Numbered from the stretch's first letter, positions 8,570-17,642 are shown. The stretch is 58,269 bases of DNA from Candidatus Falkowbacteria bacterium RIFOXYA2_FULL_38_12 (GCA_001778095.1 MFGA01000002.1:48827-107095), one strand, 5' to 3'. Numbers and translations are program-made. Notes: generated from the letters alone by a model not told the origin.

Positions 8570-10522
8570 TTACTTAACTATCCCCTTTCCTTCCGCCATC
8601 GGGTCTCCATCCAAATTTGACGTAAGAGGCAAGACCATTCTTGTTATCGCGCCAGTTGTTGATTTATCTTGGGCCTGCAAGATTGTATTTTCAGTCAAGG
8701 TAATTTGTTTTCCCTTGTCGGCTTCAACCGGCGTGACAGTCACTTCAAAATTTACCCCGATGCTTCGCACACTCGTCGGCATTTTATTGAGCGTCCACTC
8801 AATCTTGCGTGTCGCCTCATTATATTTTATCTCGCCGGAACCTATGTCTGTTTTGTTCGACCATTTTACATTTGCCGGCAAGGTTGCGACGACTTTCATG
8901 TTTTCTATTTCATGCAGAGAATTGGATACTGTCCAAAAAATCCTATATGCTGTCGTTTCTCCGACTTTTGGCGGAAGAGAACCGCTCCCAACGGCAATGT
9001 TGTCATCATTGAAATATCTGGCCTCCGCCCCCAAGGCAACGTCGCTATTGATTTTTAGATTGATTATATTCCCGTCTATTTTTTCTTCCTTAACTTCTCC
9101 GCCGATTTTACCAACCTTTACCGCAGCTAAACTTTTTATTTCAAAATCGCTTACCCCCCAATTCCCAAAATCAACGGACGGCCTCACCCTTATTTGAAAA
9201 TTAATAGCGCTTTCCTCGCCCGGCGCGAGTTTTGCCAATTTGGGAATCTGCTTCTTTGTCCAAGTAATTTTCCCTTGTCTTACCGTTGGAGAAATTTGCG
9301 TCCCGACGATAGTTCCCTTGCTTGAATCTTGCAAAGATGACCAATCTAAAACCATTTTGTTGTCTCTTGAGGTTGACTCAAAAACCATTTCCACTTCAAC
9401 ATCGCCAAGTTCCGCCTGTTCTTTGTTTTTAAAATTAATTGAATAATTCAAGGCGTCGCCAAAATTAACACTGCGATCATTCGCATCCCCATTCATGACT
9501 AAAGTCAAAAGCATTGCCCCCTGCGCCACATCAAGAGAGTAGGTATCTTCGCCTTGAGGAGCAAAATCCTCACCGTTAATAAGCCCAACCTGCGCTTTCA
9601 ATTCCTTTTTTCCTTCCGCCGCCGGCCCAAAAGTTCCGGAAAATTCCATTTCCGCTTCTTTCCCGGCTTCTATTTTAGAAAAATCCCAGCTATTTTTTTC
9701 CTTCTCTCCTTCTTTAACTTTAAAAGAAAAATCGCTTGGCGCGGTAACTAGAATTCTTACATCAGTTAAATCAGCTGAAGAAATATTTTTATATTTAATC
9801 TTAAATGTGGCCTCTCCTCCCGCCAAAACTCTCGTCGGACCGGTTACATCCATTTCCAAAGATGATTTTTCTATTTTTGTGACAGCGGTCGCCACTTTGT
9901 CAAAATCAGAATTGAAATTACCCGGTTTGTAGGAAAGAATCGCCTGCAGAGTTTGCAATGAATCTATCTCCCCGCGCAAATTTCCTTTTATCTTTATCTC
10001 TCCGCTATCTCCCTTAGCCAGGCTCCCCAACTGCCAAAACTTTTCTTCCGCGGGAACGGGCGTCGCTTCCGTAAAAACAAAATTATCAGGATAACGCACC
10101 TCTATTTCTCCTTGCCCCAGGGGTACTTCTTCATTGTTTCCATATTTTATAATATATTCAATCTCATCCCCGCCCGCGACCTTGTCAGGGGAAGTAATTT
10201 CCAAAACAACCTTGTCGCCGCTAAAATTCTGCCCTTTCCCAAAAAACAAAAAACCCGCCCAAGAAAGAACCGCCAAGGTAGCGAAAAACACCGCAAAACC
10301 AATCAAAGCTCCCTTAGCTCTATTCTTTTTCTTATGATAAATTTTTGACATATCGGGAAGATCTCCGTTATTATCCGCATAAATCCTTTTTAAATCATCT
10401 CCTATTGCTTTTTTACTCCTCCCCCTCTTTCTTGTTTTTTTTGGCGAAGAACGGCTTACCCCCAAAAATTCATCAAAGTCCGCGTCCTCATCTCCCTCTC
10501 TTTTTGATCTTATTCTCGGCAT
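8570..10522 (-). CDS. Membrane-anchored surface protein with repeated beta-rich (DUF11/CARDB-like) domains
   Basis: 650 aa. It has a basic N-terminal tail and one TM segment (ALIGFAVFFATLAVLSWAGFLFF). Reiterated segments of ~100 aa with an alternating hydrophobic pattern follow. Confidence 0.7.
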   Translation of the reverse strand: MPRIRSKREGDEDADFDEFLGVSRSSPKKTRKRGRSKKAIGDDLKRIYADNNGDLPDMSKIYHKKKNRAKGALIGFAVFFATLAVLSWAGFLFFGKGQNFSGDKVVLEITSPDKVAGGDEIEYIIKYGNNEEVPLGQGEIEVRYPDNFVFTEATPVPAEEKFWQLGSLAKGDSGEIKIKGNLRGEIDSLQTLQAILSYKPGNFNSDFDKVATAVTKIEKSSLEMDVTGPTRVLAGGEATFKIKYKNISSADLTDVRILVTAPSDFSFKVKEGEKEKNSWDFSKIEAGKEAEMEFSGTFGPAAEGKKELKAQVGLINGEDFAPQGEDTYSLDVAQGAMLLTLVMNGDANDRSVNFGDALNYSINFKNKEQAELGDVEVEMVFESTSRDNKMVLDWSSLQDSSKGTIVGTQISPTVRQGKITWTKKQIPKLAKLAPGEESAINFQIRVRPSVDFGNWGVSDFEIKSLAAVKVGKIGGEVKEEKIDGNIINLKINSDVALGAEARYFNDDNIAVGSGSLPPKVGETTAYRIFWTVSNSLHEIENMKVVATLPANVKWSNKTDIGSGEIKYNEATRKIEWTLNKMPTSVRSIGVNFEVTVTPVEADKGKQITLTENTILQAQDKSTTGAITRMVLPLTSNLDGDPMAEGKGIVK

Positions 10523-10555
10523 AATTTTATATGTTGAAAAATTTAAAAATCACTT

Positions 10556-13132
10556 TTATTTTCTTGTAAAACCTAACAAATAAAATCTGTCGGAGTTCAA
10601 TTCGCTCCCAGCTGTTGCAAAAGACGAGCCAAATTTCATATCTTTACCATAATACCACTTTGCTTCAAGATTATTTCCAAAATTAATTTTATCAGTAAAA
10701 TTTATTTTTGTTCCGGGTTGCTTTTGGATAAGAATTTGATAAAAACTTTTTTCTTTATCTTTGGAAAATGCCGCACGAATACCACCTAGCCAATCTTTTT
10801 CTTCTTCCGAGTAAGAAAATTTAAAAGGTAAAATATATTCTAGAACAATCGTCGCCGTATCTCCCGGATCAACCTGAACCCAATTTCCAAAAACGGTTTT
10901 ACCAAATTCTCTGCTTATTCTTGTGCCGGTCGTCTCGTCCACAAAGACTTGACTCTCTGAATTTTTTAAATCGGGATCAACAATATAATTATCACCTGGT
11001 TTTTCAAATAATTCAGTGGGTGGCGCTTCAAAACCTTCGGCGTTTAGCAAGGTACTTCCTTGCGGAACATAAACTCGCAAATAATCAACATTTCTCATTC
11101 CGGTAAATGTTTGCCATTTTTCTCCGGAATGCGCCCTTTTAATAGTTAATCTATTTTTAATATATCCATCCTCGGCAATCGTTGTCTCAAGGGAAACATC
11201 TTCTTTAATAACTTGATCTGTCTTTCCTCCGCCCAAATTGGAATGGACAATCATTAAATAATCGGTTTTCTCGTTGACTGATTTTACTTTTCCGCCCCAA
11301 TCAAGATTTAAGATTTCATGCTCTATTTCCGGAAAAACTGAATACAAAATAATATTTCTCTCGCCCAAACCTTTTGCGAAAATTGACAATATTTTTCCAA
11401 ACTCGCGCGGACTACTTTTGAAAATTTTATCAAGCAAAAGCGGAGCCATATCCCCAATAATTTGTTTTGGCTTATTTTCTTTTTTATTATATTCAATCTC
11501 CACTGATTTTTGAATTTCCTCTACAAAGTTGTTCGCGTCAATTATTTTATTGTACTTAGAAAGTGTAATCGGCCCGGCTACTTCCAAAAGATCAACAATC
11601 AAATCTGAATTAATGGCAACAACGCCATCAATCGTCGGCCCACCACCCTTTTCATAAAACCATTTTATTTTTTCGGCGGATGTTGGAAAATCCGGAAACC
11701 AATTCGCGTCTTGAAGTTCCCAACGCGGATTTATAAGAGTAAGCGGTTCCGGAGCAACAACTTTTTCTTTTAAAGATCCCTTAAAATCATACGGCCCGCC
11801 ACCCGGAACTTCTATTTTTGTAATTTGCCCTTCATTAAAATCAACCAAGGCCAGACTCCCCATAAAACCGCCGGTCGGCCTTAGTTCTCCTGTATTTTGA
11901 AAAACAAATAAATATCTTTTTGACGCCTCATCTCCCAAAAATTTTATCATCAAATCGGAAATTGAAATTAATTTTTTAAAACTCCCGACAAGATTCGGCA
12001 ATTTCTCTTGAAGTTTTATAAAAGTCTCTTGCTTGTCTTCGGGAATCGCTTCACTATCCACCAAAGCCAGTCTGTCTCTGGCCGCCGCAATATCGGGAAG
12101 CATTTCGGATAACTGATCTCTTAATATTTTTACCTTTGGCGTTAGTCTTCCGTCACTCTCATTTTTAGTAAAAGCCGCCAAACTGTCCAATAAATTTCTT
12201 CCCACCAAGGAAAGTTTCTCTCCGGCAAAGAATAAAGCATCGCCCGCTTCCAACTTATCTCCTTGTGGCAAGGCTTTGGCTATTCCGGCAACAATAAAAT
12301 TTATTTTGTTAAGTTCGCGCTGGGCCGCTCCGAACGCTCCGGCCGCTTCCTCTAAATTATTTGCCGCTCCGGAAAAATCAGAATTGGCGATCTGTCCGCC
12401 ACCCTCAACCAAGCTGGCATAAGCGTCGTTTGCTCCATCTAAAACTTTATTTTCCGCCTTTTTTAGCGTTCCGTAATAAGAAAAAGCTTGAAGAGGCAAA
12501 ATTAAAACAAAAGCAACGAGACCAAAACTGACAACTTTTTTGCAATCGGCAAAAGATAGTTTTAAAAACTTAAAATTATTTTCAAATTTGCTGATGTTTT
12601 CTTTAAAAGCCGGCGGGATTATGTTGATTTTGGAAAAAAATTCTTTTGGGGATTTAAAAATAAAAGTTGAAATTGATTTCAATTTAGTCCAAATCTTCTT
12701 GGATTCGCCAGTTGTAAAATAAAAAACTCCTTGCGGCGCCTTAACGCAAAATTCCTTTGTCTTTTTTAAAAAATTAAAATCAATCGTCTTCTTTTCTTGC
12801 TTCTTTATTTCTTTTTTCGCAATCAACGTTTTTTCTTTTACTTCCTGTGGTTCGCCGGAGCTTAGAGCGTAGGCGACTTTTTCCTTCTTTATCGGCTCAA
12901 TCTTTTTTACCTCTTTCCTTTTTTCCGCGACAATTTTTCGCAAATCTAAAATATGCAAGGACGGTTCTGTCCTAAAAATTCTTTCGCTCCTCGCCTCCCT
13001 CTCCTCTTCTTTCTTTTCCTTCTCCATCTCTTGTAACACCACCAAAGATGGATCAACTATTTCCTCCTTCACTTTCTTTTTTGCTTTTGACGCGGGGTTC
13101 TCCTCAATTTTCTCTTCTTTTTTTCTCCTCAT
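10556..13132 (-). CDS. DUF4012 domain-containing envelope protein
   Basis: 858 aa, with a Lys/Glu-rich N-terminus and a TM segment. The block LFVFQNTGELRPTGGFMGSLALVDF is the hallmark I recall for DUF4012, a family that usually sits next to glycosyltransferases. Confidence 0.75.
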   Translation of the reverse strand: MRRKKEEKIEENPASKAKKKVKEEIVDPSLVVLQEMEKEKKEEEREARSERIFRTEPSLHILDLRKIVAEKRKEVKKIEPIKKEKVAYALSSGEPQEVKEKTLIAKKEIKKQEKKTIDFNFLKKTKEFCVKAPQGVFYFTTGESKKIWTKLKSISTFIFKSPKEFFSKINIIPPAFKENISKFENNFKFLKLSFADCKKVVSFGLVAFVLILPLQAFSYYGTLKKAENKVLDGANDAYASLVEGGGQIANSDFSGAANNLEEAAGAFGAAQRELNKINFIVAGIAKALPQGDKLEAGDALFFAGEKLSLVGRNLLDSLAAFTKNESDGRLTPKVKILRDQLSEMLPDIAAARDRLALVDSEAIPEDKQETFIKLQEKLPNLVGSFKKLISISDLMIKFLGDEASKRYLFVFQNTGELRPTGGFMGSLALVDFNEGQITKIEVPGGGPYDFKGSLKEKVVAPEPLTLINPRWELQDANWFPDFPTSAEKIKWFYEKGGGPTIDGVVAINSDLIVDLLEVAGPITLSKYNKIIDANNFVEEIQKSVEIEYNKKENKPKQIIGDMAPLLLDKIFKSSPREFGKILSIFAKGLGERNIILYSVFPEIEHEILNLDWGGKVKSVNEKTDYLMIVHSNLGGGKTDQVIKEDVSLETTIAEDGYIKNRLTIKRAHSGEKWQTFTGMRNVDYLRVYVPQGSTLLNAEGFEAPPTELFEKPGDNYIVDPDLKNSESQVFVDETTGTRISREFGKTVFGNWVQVDPGDTATIVLEYILPFKFSYSEEEKDWLGGIRAAFSKDKEKSFYQILIQKQPGTKINFTDKINFGNNLEAKWYYGKDMKFGSSFATAGSELNSDRFYLLGFTRK

Positions 13133-14237
13133 TTTTGTATATTTCTAAAGTTTTTTTCGCGAGCGATTCCCAGCTGTATTTTTTAATCTGTAGAAATCCT
13201 TTTTCGGATAATCTCTTCCTTAGTTCTTCGTCAAAATAAATAAGCTTTATCTTCTTTATTATATCATCTTTATCGCGAGGATTAAAGTATATTGCCGCAT
13301 CTTCGTAAATTTCCTCTAAACAAGAGGAATTTGAGGCGAGAACGGGCAAGCCGTAATTCATTGCTTCGAGCCCCGGAAGGCCAAATCCTTCAATAAACGA
13401 GGGAAAAACATAAAGACGCGCCCCGCGATAGAGATCGGCTAAAACTGCTTCATTTACAAAATTAGTGAAAATAATCTTCTCTTTCTCATTCTCGTGGACC
13501 ATTTCTTTCAGTCTTTTGTAAAAATAATCTTCCTTACCCACAAAAACCAATTGGCAGCCAATAGCTAAATCCCGATAAACCTCAATTAATGTCTCCAAGT
13601 TCTTATGCGGATAAGCATTACCAACATAGAGAATAAAAGGTTTGGTGATGCCGAGCTTTGCCAAACTTTCTTTTTCCGGAATTTTTAATTGCCCATACTC
13701 CACCCCGTCGCAAGCCTCGTAGGCGACCTCAATTTTATCTTCTTTGATTTTAAAATATTTTATTATTTCTTTTTTTGTGTATTCCGAAACCGTTAAAACT
13801 TTTTTGGCGCGCCACACGGCAAACCAAATGACAAATTTATAGACCAAATATTTTATCTTATAAAAAATGGGGCTTAATGTCGTCGCCCGCGGAGTCGGAA
13901 ATTGCAGAAGAATCAAGTCGTGAATTGTGGCAACAAATTTTATTGGACAAAAAATGGGAATATTAAAATGCGGGAAGTGCATCAAGTCAACTTTTTCCTT
14001 CCAGATCGCCAGAGGCATCATAATCTGCTCTTTAAAACTGTACCACTTGCAATCTGCTAAAACTTTTTTGAAATTAGAAAATTTGGGAGTATAATAATCC
14101 CAATTTTCTCTACGCAAAAAAATGATGTACTCATTTTCTCGATCTATCTTTTCTAGGTTCTCTACGAGCCGCTCAACATACCTCCCCAAACCCTTGCTTA
14201 CCGGCCCGAGAAACCTTGCATCTATGCCGATTTTCAT
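13104..14237 (-). CDS. Glycosyltransferase family 4
   Basis: MKIGIDARFL N-terminus and a C-terminal EGFGLPGLEAMNYGLPVLAS motif (GT-B, GT4). Confidence 0.85.
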   Translation of the reverse strand: MKIGIDARFLGPVSKGLGRYVERLVENLEKIDRENEYIIFLRRENWDYYTPKFSNFKKVLADCKWYSFKEQIMMPLAIWKEKVDLMHFPHFNIPIFCPIKFVATIHDLILLQFPTPRATTLSPIFYKIKYLVYKFVIWFAVWRAKKVLTVSEYTKKEIIKYFKIKEDKIEVAYEACDGVEYGQLKIPEKESLAKLGITKPFILYVGNAYPHKNLETLIEVYRDLAIGCQLVFVGKEDYFYKRLKEMVHENEKEKIIFTNFVNEAVLADLYRGARLYVFPSFIEGFGLPGLEAMNYGLPVLASNSSCLEEIYEDAAIYFNPRDKDDIIKKIKLIYFDEELRKRLSEKGFLQIKKYSWESLAKKTLEIYKNEEKKRREN

Positions 14238-14257
14238 AGGTTTATTTTAACAAAAAA

Positions 14258-14287
14258 TTGACAAAGTGCATAATAATGATGTATTAT
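14258..14287 (+). promoter_or_regulatory. Sigma70-like promoter for the small-RNA candidate
   Basis: TTGACA (14258-14263), 18-nt spacer, TATTAT (14282-14287) directly preceded by TG. No protein gene lies downstream on this strand. Confidence 0.4.
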
Positions 14288-14293
14288 AATAAT

Positions 14294-14390
14294 GTGCTTG
14301 TGGGCGTAAGCCCCGTTCGGCTAATCCTTACGGACCATAAGCCGAAAAACAGGCACAATAAAAATACTCTCCGACTCGAGAGTATTTTTA
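14294..14390 (+). ncRNA. Candidate stand-alone structured small RNA (unknown family), including its terminator hairpin
   Basis: Closing stem gtgcttgt (14294-14301) / acaggcac (14349-14356). GNRA hairpin gggc-gtaa-gccc (14302-14313). Stem ttcggct (14316-14322) / agccgaa (14340-14346). An alternative pseudoknot pairing is cgtaag (14305-14310) / cttacg (14327-14332). The terminator is atactctc-cgactc-gagagtat plus a T-run (14361-14389). Confidence 0.4.
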
Positions 14391-14391
14391 T

Positions 14392-14880
14392 TTATTCATC
14401 TTCAATTTTTTTTGATCCAATCACTCGCTTATTGCTACTTAACGTCCAAAATGGCATCACGCTCCAAAAATGAAATTTGCCACTCCCCTCACCTATTCGC
14501 CTCACCACAACATTGATACGGATACATTTTACGAAGCTGATAATCGCGAAGAAACCAAACCATTCAATTATTTTTGTTTTGTGAAATCCATTTTTATCAC
14601 AATCGCCTACGGCGCAAATAGAGCGCCTATATTCTTGGATAGTTGTTGTTTTCTTTAAAATTTCTACCGCTTTATCAAAATAGATAAACTTATTTTTCTG
14701 TACTTGTTTACTTCTTTCACTGCGATGACAATCATATCTCAGATGATGAAAACCGTCGGAATTGAAAACGATATCATCTTTTAACGCTGGGCAATAAATA
14801 CTGCCAATTCTTTCGTAAGTTGTTTTGGCAATCTCTTTTAATTTATAAAATTGCTCTAATTCTGCTTTATTTATTTCCAT
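14392..14880 (-). CDS. Hypothetical protein (162 aa), last gene of the SIR2-like/NUDIX operon
   Basis: Intact ORF starting 11 nt after the NUDIX stop and followed by the bidirectional terminator. I recognise no family. Conserved-looking His/Arg/Glu positions (DGFHHLRY...HRSERSK) exist, but no assignment is made. Confidence 0.7.
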   Translation of the reverse strand: MEINKAELEQFYKLKEIAKTTYERIGSIYCPALKDDIVFNSDGFHHLRYDCHRSERSKQVQKNKFIYFDKAVEILKKTTTIQEYRRSICAVGDCDKNGFHKTKIIEWFGFFAIISFVKCIRINVVVRRIGEGSGKFHFWSVMPFWTLSSNKRVIGSKKIEDE

Positions 14881-14891
14881 ACACTTTCTCG

Positions 14892-15302
14892 TTAAGCGAT
14901 ATAGCCCATCTCTTTAAATAACTTGATGGACGGCCTATTGAGTTCAATTTCAGAAAGTTTTTCCTTGGGTATCCACACAAGTTTTTCAATATCATCACTG
15001 GCTTTAACTTCTCCAAAAATATATTTGGTGAGAAAAACCAAAAAAATATAGTGGGTAATTTCGCCATGTTTATTGGGTTCGTAGTCTTCGCTAAACCCCA
15101 GCGACTTTTTTATCTCCACTTCAATGCCGGCCTCTTCTTTAATCTCACGTCGAATAGCATCGCTTAATGATTCGTTATCATTAACACCGCCGCCGATCAA
15201 GTGCCAAGTGTTTGGATAGGGGCCAACGTTCGCTTTCTTTTTTCCAAAAAGCAAATCTCCGTCTTTTTCAATTACCGCACTGACGATAACTCGTGTTTTC
15301 AT
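14892..15302 (-). CDS. NUDIX hydrolase
   Basis: Nudix box GGGVNDNESLSDAIRREIKEEAGIE (GX5EX7REUXEEXGU). Confidence 0.85.
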   Translation of the reverse strand: MKTRVIVSAVIEKDGDLLFGKKKANVGPYPNTWHLIGGGVNDNESLSDAIRREIKEEAGIEVEIKKSLGFSEDYEPNKHGEITHYIFLVFLTKYIFGEVKASDDIEKLVWIPKEKLSEIELNRPSIKLFKEMGYIA

Positions 15303-15319
15303 AAAAAAATGTTATTTTT

Positions 15320-16363
15320 TTAATAGCTTAAACTACGCCAAAAATCTTTGAAAAAGGTACTACATGATGAGTCAGAAATTCTAATGATGGGAGAAGATGA
15401 ACCATATAAATCTCTAATCTGTTCTCTAATAATATCTTTATCGCTTGGAGAAGTTTTAAATGCAGTAGCAAAACACTCCGTTACCTTGTTTCTTCCGTCT
15501 AAACTTGGTTTTATTAATTTCATATTTAATTTATGAAAAGCAAATCCCATAAAAATTAATTTATCCGCCGCTCTCACTTGTTCGCGAATCTTCAAAATCT
15601 TACTTAAAGTTGGGTCAGTACCTTCGGTGAAAGTTTTAATTTTATTTGCAAGATTTAGCAATTGCAATGGATTTGGATCTAACCCAAAATCTATTTCCAT
15701 TTCTCCGCCTATGCCCCAGGGCAATGTACCAACATCGCCATACGGATGATATATATTAAAAGCCTTCATTAATTCGGCAGCTTCATTTTGCTGGAGTCTG
15801 TAATAATTCTGTATTGCATAATAAAGAAAATACTCTACACATCGATCGTAGTTAAAAATTATTAAAGTTACCGATTTAAATCTTTCTTTTAGGCTATCCT
15901 TGATACAATTTTCTGTAAGCAACTGAAAAAAAGGGATATACCAAGTCTCTGAAAGGTCAGAAAAACTCATCATCTGACCGTCCTTTCTAAAATACAATAA
16001 GCTCTGTCCCTCAGCTTCTAAAATTGCTCTGATTATTGCTAGTTTCCCGCATAAATTAATTTTTTCATTATTCCTTTGATTATCAAGAAAATTATCTATA
16101 GAAATTGCCTGTGGTAAAGCATCTCTTATATGCCAAGACTCACGAAGATACGGATTGATATCTTTACTAGCCGTTTCTGACTGTTGAACGTAAAGGCGAA
16201 AAGCTTCCATTATTTTACGATCACCACTGACAAGTTCATCTTCAAAATCTTTAAAGCGTATATCAAGTAAACTTGATATTTTTTTCTTTAATTCCTGACC
16301 AGTTGGCAAATTAGCCTCTTTGCTTGCTCCAGCTCCAATAATAAATACTATACTACTATTCAT
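15320..16363 (-). CDS. SIR2-like (SIR2_2-type) domain protein
   Basis: The start is moved to the ATG at 16363 (MNSSIVFIIGAGASKEANLPTGQEL), because the longer ORF overlaps the upstream GT4 gene. It has a GAGxS Rossmann motif, IIFNYDRCVEYF (TxNYD-like), IYHPYGDVG (candidate catalytic His) and FMGFAFH. These resemble SIR2_2 family patterns from memory. Confidence 0.6.
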   Translation of the reverse strand: MNSSIVFIIGAGASKEANLPTGQELKKKISSLLDIRFKDFEDELVSGDRKIMEAFRLYVQQSETASKDINPYLRESWHIRDALPQAISIDNFLDNQRNNEKINLCGKLAIIRAILEAEGQSLLYFRKDGQMMSFSDLSETWYIPFFQLLTENCIKDSLKERFKSVTLIIFNYDRCVEYFLYYAIQNYYRLQQNEAAELMKAFNIYHPYGDVGTLPWGIGGEMEIDFGLDPNPLQLLNLANKIKTFTEGTDPTLSKILKIREQVRAADKLIFMGFAFHKLNMKLIKPSLDGRNKVTECFATAFKTSPSDKDIIREQIRDLYGSSSPIIRISDSSCSTFFKDFWRSLSY

Positions 16364-16380
16364 ATCAAATCTATTATTTA

Positions 16381-17556
16381 TTATGAAAAATACCCAAACA
16401 ATCCCACAACCTCCCTCGCGCACTTCTCCCAAGTAAACTCTGCCACTTGTTTTTTCCCCTTTTCCCTCATTCTCTCGCGCAAATTATTGTCCGTCAAACA
16501 TTGATAAATGGCCTCGGCTGCTTCTTTAGGGTTGTTGGGGTCAACCATTACGGCGGCATTGCCTATAACCTCCGGGATTGCCGAGACTGAGGAAATAATG
16601 ACCGGCGTCCCCGAAGCCGCGGCCTCAAGAGGAGGAAAACCAAAGCCTTCGTAAAAAGAGATATAAACAAAAACTTTGGCTAATTGATAAAAATAAAATT
16701 TATCTTTTTCGCTAACGTAATTTATAAAACGAATCTCGCGCCCGTATGGGCTTTTTTCCGCCCTCTCTAATATTTTTTTATAAAGCCATCCATATGGTCC
16801 GACTACTACAAGATGATAATTTTTGACCATCTCCCCTTTTTCGCTTTTCAATATCTCAAAAGCCCTAACCAGCCCCTCAATATTTTTTCTCGGCTCAATC
16901 GTCCCCACAAATAATATAAATTTATCCGGCAGGTTATATTTTTTTCTCAATTCTTCTTTTTCAAAATGATTCTTCGCAATTTCCGCTTCCTGAATCGCGC
17001 CGGAATAAATTACTTTTATCTTTTTTTCCTCTGCATTATACAAATCCATTAAATCTTTTTTTGTATTTTCCGAAATAGCAATAATTTTATCGCAATTTTT
17101 TATCAGTTTTTTGGGATTGATGAAAAAATGCCATAGGCGCCTCTTTAAAGAAAAAAAATAGGGAAATCTTTCAAAAGATAAGTCGTGAACGGTGATAACT
17201 TTTTTTATCCCGGGCGAGAGGGCAATAAAATTTATATTGGGGAGAAAAAATAAATCCAGATTTTCGTTTTTCCCTGCTTTTTCCATCAATAACTTATCTA
17301 CTTTCGGCCAATTGAAAAATCTTAAGCTGAAATTAAAAAGCTTATTCGGATAGTGAAAACCTGCCAAATGGATATTGGCTATTTTTTTCCATTCCTCGGG
17401 GATAAATTTATCAGCATCTTTAAAGGAATTATAAAAAAGAAAATAATTGTTTTCTTTATCTATACTAAAAATGGCGTCTAAGAGTCTAAAAGCATACTCT
17501 CCGACGCCACTTCTTTTTTCTTCTAAAAGTGATCTTATGTCAATACCGATATTCAT
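16381..17556 (-). CDS. Glycosyltransferase family 4
   Basis: The start is moved to MNIGIDIRSLL (17556), because the longer ORF runs through the repeat element. The C-terminal EGFGFPPLEAAASGTPVI motif is present. Confidence 0.85.
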   Translation of the reverse strand: MNIGIDIRSLLEEKRSGVGEYAFRLLDAIFSIDKENNYFLFYNSFKDADKFIPEEWKKIANIHLAGFHYPNKLFNFSLRFFNWPKVDKLLMEKAGKNENLDLFFLPNINFIALSPGIKKVITVHDLSFERFPYFFSLKRRLWHFFINPKKLIKNCDKIIAISENTKKDLMDLYNAEEKKIKVIYSGAIQEAEIAKNHFEKEELRKKYNLPDKFILFVGTIEPRKNIEGLVRAFEILKSEKGEMVKNYHLVVVGPYGWLYKKILERAEKSPYGREIRFINYVSEKDKFYFYQLAKVFVYISFYEGFGFPPLEAAASGTPVIISSVSAIPEVIGNAAVMVDPNNPKEAAEAIYQCLTDNNLRERMREKGKKQVAEFTWEKCAREVVGLFGYFS

Positions 17557-17573
17557 AGTTTTACTCAACCGAA

Positions 17574-17636
17574 CGGAATAGCAGACTTTAGTCTGCGTCA
17601 CAAAAAGATTGACGCGAACTAAAGTTCGCTACTCCG
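17574..17636. repeat. 61-63-nt cloverleaf-forming repeat, copy 1
   Basis: ggaata-[gcagac ttta gtctgc]-[gtca...tgac]-[gcgaac taaa gttcgc]-tactcc. It is nearly identical to 57951-58011. Confidence 0.6.
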
Positions 17637-17642
17637 TCTTCC

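Noticed and set aside
14294-14356. SRP (4.5S) RNA as the identity of the small structured RNA candidate
   Set aside because: In minus sense there is a tcc-GTAA-gga hairpin reminiscent of SRP domain IV. However, the universally conserved symmetric-loop nucleotides (5' AGG / 3' AGCA around the GNRA loop) are absent, and the closing stem is better in plus sense.
16364-16432. Longer N-termini offered by the ORF track (16364-16432, 17557-17601, 5363-5404, 25876-25938, 26351-26422, 28725-28781, 29491-29547, 51306-51326, 54998-55039, 37828-37860)
   Set aside because: Each extension overlaps the upstream gene, a repeat element or the gene's own promoter, or begins at a non-ATG codon. In each case an internal ATG gives the conserved N-terminus, often with an SD.
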